Origin: Paraspadella gotoi
Lineage: Eukaryota; Animalia; Chaetognatha
Direction: 5' to 3'
Length of the DNA: 55,282 nt
Assembly (NCBI GenBank): GCA_051294375.1
Contig: CM119265.1
Span: 25,618,610 to 25,673,891, forward strand
This document shows positions 40,190 to 51,137 of the stretch, piece by piece; within the stretch, counting starts at the first letter, position 1, and every line of letters starts with the position of its first letter. Both the position numbers and the translations under genes were made by a program. Under the pieces are notes generated by a model. It was not told the DNA's origin. It ran no database searches and worked only from the letters and a program-made list of their open reading frames with translations.

Positions 40190-40962
40190 TCTGGATTATC
40201 TCGCACATTTGGATTTCAGTCAATTTGACGTACTAAAAATTTTCGACAAAGAGTATATACATATAAATTATTAATATGCTTTAATGTAAATCAGAAAGTC
40301 ATGTAAAAACATCTGTGAACGTGAGGAATTAGCATCACTCGAAGCGACGGCCTCAATTTCATTGGATGTAAAATGTAAAGGTAAAATGTAAAATCGACGA
40401 CTTCAGATTTGACCCGAAATTAGATTTTGATTTAAGATCATCGAATGAGAGGCAATCAAGTGACATCCAATGAAAGCAAATGGAATTTTAGATGGAACTT
40501 AAAGGGAATCGAATCAAACGGAATTGAAACAAATGGAATCAGATCGATTTGGAATTAAATTTAGACCTGAAATATATCATAATTAACAATACGACGATAC
40601 TAAAGATAAATGTAATTTAATACGGAAATGAAATAATACGAACGGCTTCAAAACTCGATTAAGAAATCAAAACAGAGACAAAGAAAATCGTGACCGAAAT
40701 TTGGTTTAAATCGAGACAAAGAAAAAAATTGGAAGGAGAAGAGATGAGGAAAGGAAAAGAAAGAAAGAAAAGAAAAAAGAAGAATAGATAAAAAATGGGA
40801 AAAGAGAAAAAAGAAAGAAGAAAGATGGAGAAGGAATATAAGTGAGGCTAAACTGGGTTCAGGACATTAAACTATCTGGTATTAATTAAAATATGTTCGG
40901 ATACAATATAATAATATAATCTAATCTAACATACTTTGAAATGTTATACACTTCATTGATAG

Positions 40963-41085
40963 GAGCCAGTACTCTGGAGTGAATAAACGAGACAGCGAGA
41001 GAGTCTTGATTGAAAGCTTGTAGGGACCTGCTATGTCATTATCTTGTAAGAGTGATGGAGGCCTTAAACCACAATGGCCTGTCAA
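40963..41085 (+). CDS. Candidate coding exon, unknown protein
   Basis: GATAG acceptor, CTAAC upstream, AA|GTAAGG donor; removing one base (absent in the inverted copy) gives SQYSGVNKRDSERVLIESCRDLLCHYLVRVMEALNHNGLS. Confidence 0.45.
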
Positions 41086-41372
41086 GTAAGGGCAATATGT
41101 ATCTCTATTTATTGAATTAATGGAATGATAATGAATTAATTATGCTTGTAATTAATTAATTAATGATGCTTGTACCAATTCATAAGTCAAATAAAGATAA
41201 ATAATAAAACAAAACAAAAAAAATCCTAATTTTCAAATTTCTTGAGATTACAAGAAATTAGAAAGAATTACGTTCATTCGAATCGTTCACGTCATCTGCG
41301 GACGACGAGACGAAAATTAAGACGTCGATGACGACGACGTGCAACGGGGCGTGGCTCGTCTTCTAGTTTCAG

Positions 41373-41406
41373 GATTCGAATCGAGTTACGAATTCGAGAC
41401 ACGACG
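41373..41406 (+). CDS. Candidate micro-exon
   Basis: TTCTAGTTTCAG acceptor, CG|GTAGGT donor; phase-compatible with the preceding exon, giving RFESSYEFETR. Confidence 0.4.
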
Positions 41407-41844
41407 GTAGGTGGGGTGGAGCTGGGAGACGACGAGGTTCGGGCGACTCGAACGGAAAATCTCGTCTTTCTTCGTCACTTGATTTAGACTTTTGGTCACG
41501 TGATCAGAAACGAGAAGAGAGGAAAAGTAAGAAGGAATTGTTTTTTAATCTGATCACCGCTACGTTTTCTCCTTGGGCTTTCGATATGATTTCTCCACCA
41601 ATTGAAAAAAAAATCTCCTTAAATCTTAATTTTAAGTTTATATTTTATATTTGCGCAAAATGTTGTAACTTTTTTTAAATTTGTAAAAAAAAAAAATTAG
41701 TCCTTGATAAAGTAAAACATGCAATCTTGCAATTTCACATTTATTATCAATCAATATCTTTTCCGGATGGAGCAAAATACTAGTTCATTTCTCTAAAAAA
41801 TCTTTCACGATCGGATCTCTCACCTTCGCTCTGTACCTTATTCT

Positions 41845-42362
41845 CTACCAGTCTCAACGCCTGACAATCCACCTATGTTTCCACCTTCCACCTGATTCCT
41901 CTATCTGTCTCAACGCCTGACAATCCATCTGTGTTTCGACCTTCCACCTGATTCCTCTAAATGTCTCAACGCCTGACAATCCATCTGTGTTTCCACCTTC
42001 CACTCATTCCTCTACCTGTCTCAACGCCTGACAATCCACCTGTGTTTCCAACCTTCCACCTGATTCCTCTACCTGTCTCAACGCCTGACAATCCACCTGT
42101 GTTTCCACCTTCCACCTGATTCCTCTTCCTGTCTCAACGCCTGACATCCACCTGTGTTTCCACCTTCCACCTGATTCCTCTACCTGTCTCAACGCCTGAC
42201 AATCCACCTATGTTTCCACCTTCCACCTGATTCCTCTTCCTGTCTCAACGCCTGACAATCCACCTGTGTTTCCACCTTCCACCTGATTCCTCTAAATGTC
42301 TCAACGCCTGCCAATCCATCTGTGTTTCCACCTTCCACCTGATTCCTCTTCCTGTCTCAACC
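41845..42362. repeat. 56-bp minisatellite, about 9 units (TGTCTCAACGCCTGACAATCCACCTGTGTTTCCACCTTCCACCTGATTCCTCTACC)
   Basis: GTCTCAAC recurs at 41851, 41907, 41963, 42018, 42075, 42131, 42186, 42242, 42298, 42354. Confidence 0.97.
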
Positions 42363-42861
42363 CCTAATCCTCACCTTACAAAAAAAATCGTTTATCATAG
42401 AATCTAAAATTTTTTTTGACGCCGAAAGAAAAAACAAGAAAAAACGAAAAGAGAGAAAAAAAAACATCATGAGTCAGGAATTCGATTTTGAGTCACGGAC
42501 GTCGTCATCGTCGTCGTCGTCGTCATCGACGTCGTCGTCGTCATTGTCGTCGTCGTTCGTCGTCAATCGTCGTCGTACTCGTCCCAAAAAACGATGAGTC
42601 GCCCTTCGGTGACGAAAATCGCCTCAATCTTATCTTTCCTTTCCTCCGTCTTTCCTCCCTCCCTTTCTTTCCTCATATTTCCTCCCTCCCTTTCCTTTCC
42701 TCCATCCTCTCTTCCTTTGTTCCGTATTGTATCTCCTCCTTTCCTTTTTTTTAACTTCCTCTCTCCTCATCCCTTTCTTTACCCCTACCCTCCCCCACTT
42801 ACCCCCCTTCTTTTATTCTCTTCCCCAACTTCCCTCTTTCCCTCCCCCAATCCTCCCCCAG

Positions 42862-43200
42862 CGAATTCCGCGGATTTCGACTTCGGCGAATTTTCCAGGA
42901 CTTTTTTTCGCCCCGAGACATTCGCTCTATCTCCTCCTCCTCCTCCTCCTCCTCCTCCTCCCATCCCTCCATCCATTCTTCCCCTCCCACTCTCATCCAT
43001 CAATTCTAATCGCCCAATCACCGATCTCCATCCCTTCGATCTCAACCAATCAACGATCTCCTAAATTGACCGATAGCGTCATCGAAATTCGAGATTTCAA
43101 CCAATCAACGCTTCGGACGGCGACAGCGATTGTGTCCGAAACGCGGCGTCTTCTTTGATTGCTGATCATTTCAGTGACTCATTTGGCCCCCGAAGATGCG
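42862..43200 (+). CDS. Candidate Pro/Ser-rich exon (end uncertain)
   Basis: Long pyrimidine tract ending CCCCCAG; reads NSADFDFGEFSRTFFRPETFALSPPPPPPPPPP...; stop at 43062 may be real or an indel effect. Confidence 0.25.
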
Positions 43201-43224
43201 TCTCTCTCTCTCTCTCCTTCTCTC

Positions 43225-43257
<33 letters not shown>

Positions 43258-43354
43258 CTCTCCTCCTCTCTGGCTAGTCTAATATTTGAAATGTCTGTTC
43301 GTCAGTTCGTAATTCTCTCACGTTCTACAACCATATTTCCTCGTTTCCCCATGT

Positions 43355-43424
<70 letters not shown>

Positions 43425-43752
43425 CTTCTCTCTTCGAGAAAGAAAGAACGAAATAAATTTGCATCTTTCACTGGCTTTTTAAAATGCCCCGAGGGAGACC
43501 GTATATATTATTCGCCAGAAGTGAATCGTGTTTCTATTGTTTATTCTTTTTTTTTACTTTTTTCTTTTATTCTATTTTTCCTTTAAAAACTAAAAGAGAG
43601 AAACAAAAGTTCTTTCGAGTCACAGATGGCTAAAAAAAAAATTTTTTTTAAGTTAAAAAAATTATGCTTATTCTTTTTTTCTCATCAGTAATGTCTACCT
43701 TTCTCTGTATGTCTGTCTGTCAGGTGAGAATTTGTCGCTTTTCTAATGCTAG

Positions 43753-43798
43753 GCGCGGACGAGCGTCTGATGTTTCGCCCGTAACGAATTGTCTCAAC
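43753..43798 (+). CDS. Candidate exon
   Basis: TTTTCTAATGCTAG acceptor, AAC|GTGAGT donor; only one open frame: RGRASDVSPVTNCLN. Confidence 0.4.
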
Positions 43799-44063
43799 GT
43801 GAGTCGCCAAAGGAAAGTTGTGTAATAAAGGTTGAAAGTTTTAAATCTCTATACTATAGATTTATCTCCGGCAAAACACTTTGTGAGTTTAATAACAAGC
43901 ACGACTGAAATTAACTCAAATACACCGATATCAAGGGTAGAAATGGCCGTAAAAAATATTGATCAAAAAGGGAAAGCGCGACATGAGGCAAAATATCTTT
44001 CACAGTCAGTCTCTCTGTCATCCCGTTTGTATGGTTATCTTTCTCTGTCTGCAATATATCAAG

Positions 44064-44118
44064 GAGGCATTTTTCCACGCGGTTGAGATTATGCGACAAA
44101 AGAGGCGGAGCTTTTTCG
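44064..44118 (+). CDS. Candidate exon
   Basis: Pyrimidine tract then AAG acceptor; phase-0 continuation EAFFHAVEIMRQKRRSFF; donor weak (G|GTC). Confidence 0.3.
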
Positions 44119-44454
44119 GTCTTCGTCGTCGTCGTCGTCGTCGTCGTCGTCAGTTTTGGACCGCAACTAATCTCCGGATTATCACCGCTTTGCTTTGCTT
44201 TGCCCGGCCATTTAACTCACAACTGCCATATTATTTTTTTTATTTGTGGCCACTCGAAGTTAAAAATGACCGGAACCAGAAAAAAAATGACCAACGGTTA
44301 AATCGAAAAGAATTTTTTTCCCCAAACGGGTAAGTCCCTGGCGAATTAACCCCCCCCGAGTGTCGATCTGGTAAAGTTAAGCCGATCAAAAATCCACTGC
44401 TCGGTTACAATTTGGAATCTCCATCAAAATTTCTTTTTGATTTGAGCGACAGAA

Positions 44455-44524
<70 letters not shown>

Positions 44525-44528
<4 letters not shown>

Positions 44529-45084
44529 TCTCTTTTCGATTTAACCGTTGGTCATTTTTTTCTGGTTCCGGTCATTTTTTAACTTCGAGTGGCCACAAAT
44601 AAAAAAAAATAATATGGCAGTTGTGAGTTAAATGGGCCGGGCAAAGCAAAGCAAAGCGGTGATAATCCCGGAGATTAGTTGCGGTCCAAAACTGACGACG
44701 ACGACGACGACGACGACGACGAACGACCGGAAAAAGCTCCGCCTCTTTTGTCGCATAATCTCAACCGCGTGAAAAATGCCTCCTTGATATATTGCAGACA
44801 GAGAAAGATAACCATACAAACGGGATGACAGAGAGACTGACTGTGAAAGATATTTTGCCTCATGTCGCGCTTTCCCTTTTTTGATCAATATTTTTTACGG
44901 CCATTTCTACCCTTGATATCGGTGTATTTGAGTTAATTTCAGTCGTGCTTGTTATTAAACTCACAAAGTGTTTTGCCCGGAGAAACATAGTTCGATCTAC
45001 GAGATTTAAAACGTTTCAACCTTTATTACACAACTTTTCCTTAGCGACTCACGTTGAGACAATTCGTTACGGGCGAAACATCAG
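44525..45084 (-). repeat. Local fold-back: inverted copy of 43766-44320
   Basis: CTTTTCGATTTAACCGTTGGTC...GGGCGAAACATCAG is the reverse complement of 43766-44320; about 200-bp spacer ending in (GA)n 44459-44524. Confidence 0.95.
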
Positions 45085-45106
45085 GAGTCATGTGAGAGAG
45101 AGAGAC

Positions 45107-45156
<50 letters not shown>

Positions 45157-45252
45157 AGACAGAGAGAGGAGAGAGTAGAGAGGTCTGTTTTCAACCCACT
45201 CGCGATTTCGGCGGGATGCGCGATTTTTTTAATTTTTTCTTTTTTTTTTTCT

Positions 45253-45449
45253 TCTTTGGTTTAAATGTTTTTTAAAGTTATATCTCTCTGGGGGAGGATG
45301 CTTTATGTTTTTTTAAAGGATCAATAATTTTTTTTATTATAAATCTTTCTTCTTTTTTGTAATTCGTAGTTCAGTTTTTATTTGTTTTCTTTTGTTTTCT
45401 TTCACATTATTTATTCTTTCTTTTCCTTTTTTCTTGTCCCATCAAAAAC

Positions 45450-45483
<34 letters not shown>

Positions 45484-48108
45484 AGCCATTAAGAAAAAAG
45501 GGAGAGATGCATTAACTTTTTTTCTAAACAACGGTTAAACCCTAAATAAAAACTTCAGGCACAGACGTATTGCAAAAATTTCAAATATTTCTTTTATTAT
45601 GGAAACAATGTAACTATGAAACAATCATCAGTCCAGGGTGTTAACTTGTTCCAGGGTGTTAACTTGTCCAGGGTGTTAATTTGTCCAGAGTGTTAACTTG
45701 GCAACTTTTCAAAACGCTTCCAATGAACTCTGCAATGAAATGGAATTTCTCCCGTGAGTTTCCTCCAGATTTTTCTCTCTATTTTCTGCCCCGCAGATTT
45801 TTTGAACCCGAGTTTTTTTTTTTTTTTTTTTGCCCAAAAAATCTTTCGGGGCAAAAAAAGTTGCAGCTGCTTCTCATCCGATGTCGTTCTCGTCATTGAC
45901 GGCCGTAGTCAGTATCGTCGTCGTCGTTCGTTCGTCGTCATCGTTGGCCGGCGCGGTCCATTTCCGCGGGAAAAAAAACTTTCGGAGATCAACTCCTCAT
46001 CTCTAAACTCATCTCTAACCTCCTCATTCTCTAACCTCATCTCAAGCCTCTAACCTCGCTTCATCTCTAACACCCGCATCTCTCAGCTCTAACCTTCCTC
46101 ATTCTCTAACCTCATCTCTAACCTCTTTCTTCTACAAATTGTGCCATGGTATCCTTTAATTATTTTATTTAAACTCTACTTGGTTAATGGTTAATGGTTA
46201 AACTTACGTTTCTCAATAGTATATAAAGTAATTTAATTTTAAAACTTATCCCAGATCAATTTCCTTTTAAATCTCTTACTCTGATCATCCAGTCTTTTCT
46301 TTCGCAATTCCTCTCTCTTCCCCCCCGCCTTACTTTACCTTTCATTCTCCTCCTTCCTCCCTGTCTCCTCTTTTTCCTTTTTAACTTCTCCTCATTTTTC
46401 TCCTGTTCTTCTTCATCATACCCTCTTTCTCAAAAACTAAATCATACCTACTTTCCTATACTATTTTCATACCCTCTTCCAAATTAATTCCCTCTTCCCA
46501 TTTTATTCCTTTCCTCCCCTCCCTCTCCCTCTCCCTTTTTTTCCTTATCCCCTTTCCCTTCACCCTTCCTATTCCTTACCCCTTTCCTTTCCCGTTTCCC
46601 CTCCCTCTTCCCTTTCCGACGGAATCTCTCAGCTCGCGTCAGAGCATTTTTCTCGACCAGAGATTCGCCGATAAGGAAAAGTTGAAAAGGAGGGACTTCG
46701 GGGAAATGGGGGGCGTGGGGGGACGAGGTTTAGGGATGGGGGGCGATGCGTAAGGGATTGGGGGCGATGGTAAGGGATGGGGTGAGTAAGAAAAGTAGTA
46801 CGAAGGAAAAGGAAAGTGATCGAGAAAAAGAAGGAATCGATGGAATTGGAGTAAGAATGGGTGGGATAAAGATGTATTATATGTAGAACATCGATAAAAA
46901 ATTAAGTGGTTGATCCAATGAACACAAAAAATCTCGACGACGACGACACGATAACCCTCAAAGAAATTCAGAATTTAGAAATATTTTCAATCAAATTCGC
47001 TAGGTAAAGATAAGCAAATTATTTATTCGACCAAAATTTTCATGCGCGAAAAAAAAGCGTATAATTTTAAATATTTTTTAAAATGAAAGCGTGGAGTTTG
47101 ATTATTTAACGCTTTGGCAAGAACCCGAACACGATTTTAAAACTTTAAATTGGAATCTGTTTCGGGTAATAAATTAAAATTATAAAAAATATCTTTTCAG
47201 ACGCCGCGCTTTCATTGGAAGACGAGGTGAGATTGATAAAAGTCCAAATGACTAATGCTGCAGACCCTTGAAGATTTTCTGATGTTTTCGATTAAAGTCG
47301 ACCGTCTCCTTGGAGACGCGTTGTGTTTTCGAGAGTCATCGACAGATCTTGACGGATTGCTTGTAGATGCAGGAAGTTGTTGATCGTCGGAGACGATTCC
47401 AAAGGAGAATTATGGGTCTCTCGAACGACTTGTTCCCAATCACGCCGACCGCAGGGTCACCCTTAGGATCACCACCCCGTTCGCTTTCGATCAACACTCC
47501 ACGAACCCGTTGCCGAGTGGCTGTCGAAATCCCTGACGATGAAAATCATCACTTCCGCCCATCCACTCTCTCCCATTTACACCCCAGGGTTTTTCGAGTT
47601 TCTACCTCCATGGTGGAATTTTGGTCTCACGGATCCTTTTCTTTGTTTTGTTTTCTTTGTTTTTCTTTTTGTTTAGTTTTGTTTTTTCGGCTGCGGAAAA
47701 ATCATTGGTATGAAAAACTTTTTTTTGAGGAATTTTTTTTTTTTAATTTGGAATCTATTTGGTGCTGTGAGAGAGAAGAGTATGGACGGGGCTGAGGAGA
47801 AGAGAGTGAAGATGGAGAAGAGGAGAGATAGGGAGAGAGAGGGAACGGAGAGGCGAGGTCTGGAAGGTATGCATGAGAGATTAGAGAAGAGGCCAGAGAA
47901 GAGAGAGAGCGAGAGAGAGAGGAGGAGAGAGATGAGAGAATGAGAGAAGAAGGAGAAGACTTGGCGAGAGGAGAGAGAGAGAGAGAGAGAGAGGACGGTT
48001 TTCGAACCTGTTTTCCCGAATCTGTTGTAATTTCTGTCACAATTTTCACATTTGTCAGTCGTGTCCAGCCATAAGCTGACCCAGACTTTGGGAGCGCCAA
48101 GAAAATCA
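45253..48108 (+). repeat. Direct copy of segment X (25322-28168)
   Basis: CTTTGGTTTAAATGTTTT...ACTTTGGGAGCGCCAAGAAAATC colinear in both. Confidence 0.93.
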
Positions 48109-48109
48109 T

Positions 48110-48562
48110 GTCATTGTCGTCGTTTTCGTCGTTTCGTCATCTTCGTCGTCGTCGTCACTTCATCTTCGCGTCGTCGTCATCTTCGTCCGTCTGTCATCAT
48201 CTTCGTCGTGGTCGTCATCTTCCGCTCGTCGTCCGTCTCTGGATTCGATCAAACATCAGAGTCGAGAATCGATTCTCACCTTCGCTTTGACCCGAGTTTG
48301 TTTGTTGTTGTTCGTCGTTGTTGTTTGTTGTTCGTCGTCGTTTTTTGTCGTCGTGTGTCGTGTCCTTACAGTTCTTTCAACCTTTTTTTCTTTACTTCTC
48401 CTTATTTCGCCCATATTTCTCTTCCCACGGAGAAAATAAGAATCTTTATGAAAAACAGAAAGAGCGCAAAAGAAAAAGTGAGTTCAACTCAACGTGAAAA
48501 ATGAGGCGGTAAGTGGAGCGAAGGGAAAGATGAGGAGATCAACCAGATACTGTCGGAGGGAA

Positions 48563-48594
<32 letters not shown>

Positions 48595-49015
48595 CTCTCT
48601 CTATATTCCAGCGAATAAAATTTGCCGAAACAACTTTGTAAACGCTGTTTTGAATTCACAACAATCACCGATGAGCGCCTTCCTGCCCGTTTGACGGTCA
48701 AACCAACTCAGAAAATTAGAACAAAAAAAGAGCAATTTAAAATTATTTTGTTTTTCAAAAGACGAAAAACAAAAGAGGAAAAAACAAAAGACTTTCGTTT
48801 CCAAATCGATTTTCCTTTCCCGCGCCTTGTAATGAATAACCTTTGAGCCTGGAATGATTTTCCCAGCCATCTCTCTCTCTCTCTCTCTCTCTCTTCTCTT
48901 CTCTCTCTCTCTCTCTCTCTCGTCTCTCTCTCTCTCTTGTCTCTCTCTCTCTCTCTCTCAATTGCTCATTCTGGGTGGAGTCCTGGTTCTCTTTTTCTTG
49001 TCAAGGTGATTTAGA
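48110..49015 (-). repeat. Inverted copy of segment Y plus array start (about 28200-29100)
   Basis: GATTCTCACCTTCGCTTTGACCCGAG and GGGTGGAGTCCTGGTTCTC are reverse-complement matches to about 28944-28969 and 28231-28250. Confidence 0.92.
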
Positions 49016-49030
49016 GGTTTGATTTTTTTT

Positions 49031-50003
49031 AAAAAAAAACCCAAAACGCCAAAAAATCACAAAAATTCACCAAAATTTCACCCAAAATTCACCAACAATT
49101 CCAAAACGCCGCGTCAATATTAATTTTAGCATTTAACTTTTTTTTGAGGTAATTATATTCTGCAGCCTTAACCGCTGTTCAAACATTTTTTTGGTTTTCG
49201 TGCAACATGTTCTGAATAAATTTTCGGCCGAATGTTTAATCTTTGCTAAATTTTTTAAATTTATTATTTTTTTTTAAAAATACGAAAAAATGCGTAGCTA
49301 CACGAAAGAAATAATTCTTTTACGCAAACCGCAAGACTTTAGCAAAAAAACATTTTGATTCCTTTTTCAAGATATATATATACAGCAAAACATTCCAAAG
49401 ATTTTGAAAACAAATTCATATTTTCGCTTTTTTTTTTTTTTACAGAAAAGTTTTTAAAAGGAATTTAGGGAAAAAAAAAGGTCCATGCAGGATTTTTCAA
49501 AACAACTTGGAAAATTCATAATCCGGCAAGATTTTTATAAAAACGGAAGGGAAATTAGTGGAATTCGAAATTAGCGATGCGAATTTGTCAATTCAAACAT
49601 TTTTTTAGGGAATGATGAATGGATATCGTAAACAAAAATTAAATTAACATTCATACTTATAAATTATTAATTATAATTAATTGGATGATTTTACGAATTG
49701 AGACGTTTTAAGTTAATTTAGTGATAATAAAGAGGCCATTTCAAATTATCAATAAACATCATCATCGTCATCGTCATCATCATCATCATCATTCATCATT
49801 TCGGTCAATCGAAAGCCAAATTTTATTCGCCAATTCCACTCCTAACAAAAAAGGTTTAGTGACTTCATTCCTAATCCGGCTCCGTTCCAGACCCGCCCGC
49901 TACCGATGAATCACTCTTCAACTTTACCCTTACTTACCAACCCGCAATCCGCTACATTCGTTCATTTCCAATTTCTCCCTTCCATCTGTAACGATCGTCC
50001 GTG

Positions 50004-50030
<27 letters not shown>
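49031..50030 (+). repeat. Direct copy of segment Z (36944-37897)
   Basis: CCAAAAAATCACAAAAATTCACC through CTCCGTTCCAGACCCGCCCGCTACCGATGAATCAC colinear. Confidence 0.93.
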
Positions 50031-50036
<6 letters not shown>

Positions 50037-50039
50037 CCT

Positions 50040-51102
50040 CTCTCTTTCTGGGTCGCTCAAATTAAAAAAGAAATTTGATTGGAGATTTCCAAATTGTAAC
50101 GGCAGTGCGATTTTTTGGATCGGCTTTACTTTTAACCAAGATCGACACTGGGGGGGGTAAATTTCGCCAGGACTTACCCGTTTGTGGGAAAAAAATCTCT
50201 TTTCGATTTTAACCGTTGCGTCATTTTATTTCTGGTTCCGGATATTTTTGACTTCGAGTGCCACAAATTAAAAAAAAAATTAATATGGCGTTGTGCAGTT
50301 AAATGGGCCCGGGCAAAGCAAAGCAAAAGCAGTGATAATCCCGGAGATTAGTTGCGGTCCAAAAACTGACGACGCGACGACGACGACGACGGACGACGGA
50401 AAAAGCTTCCCCCTTTTGTCGCCATAACTCAACCGTCGTGAAAAATGCCTTCCTTGATATTATTGCAGACAGAGAAAGATACCATACAAACGGGACGACA
50501 GATGAGATCTGACTGCTTGCAAAGATATTTTGCCTCATGTCGCGCTTTCCCTTTTTTGGTCAATATTTTTTTACGGCCATTTCTACCCTTATATCGGTGT
50601 ATTTGAGTTAATTCATCCGTGCTTTTGTTTAACTAAACTCACAAGTGTTTTGCCGGGATCTCTATAAAGGATTAAAAACTTTATCAACCTTTATTACACA
50701 AACTTTCTTTGCGACTCACGTTGAGACAATTCGTTACGTGGTTGTCCAAACATCAGACGCATCGTCCGCGCTAGCATTAGAATAAGCGACAAATTCTCAC
50801 ACTGACAGAACAACATACAGAAAGGTACAACATTACTGATGAGAAAAAAGAATAAGCATAATCTTTGTTTTTCACTTAAAAAATATTTTTTTCTTAACCA
50901 TCTGTGACTCGAAAGAGTCTTTTGTTTCTCTCTTTTTAGATTTTAAAAGAAAAAAATTAGAATAAAAGAAAAAAAAGTTAAAAAAAAAGAGAATAAACAA
51001 TAGAAACACTTATTCACTTCTGGCGAATAATTATAACGGTCTCCCGTCGGGGCATTTTTTAAAAGCCATGAAAAATGCAAAATTTATTTCGGTTCTTTCT
51101 TT

Positions 51103-51137
<35 letters not shown>

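Noticed and set aside
41845-42362. CRISPR-like appearance of the 56-bp repeat (and the 69-bp repeat at 22338)
   Set aside because: Units are near-identical along their whole length with no unique spacers, no cas genes are present, and the context is eukaryotic
43014-43105. Three CCAAT boxes, the first two 32 bp apart (NF-Y-like spacing)
   Set aside because: They overlap a candidate coding exon inside a putative gene and are not all preserved in the inverted copy
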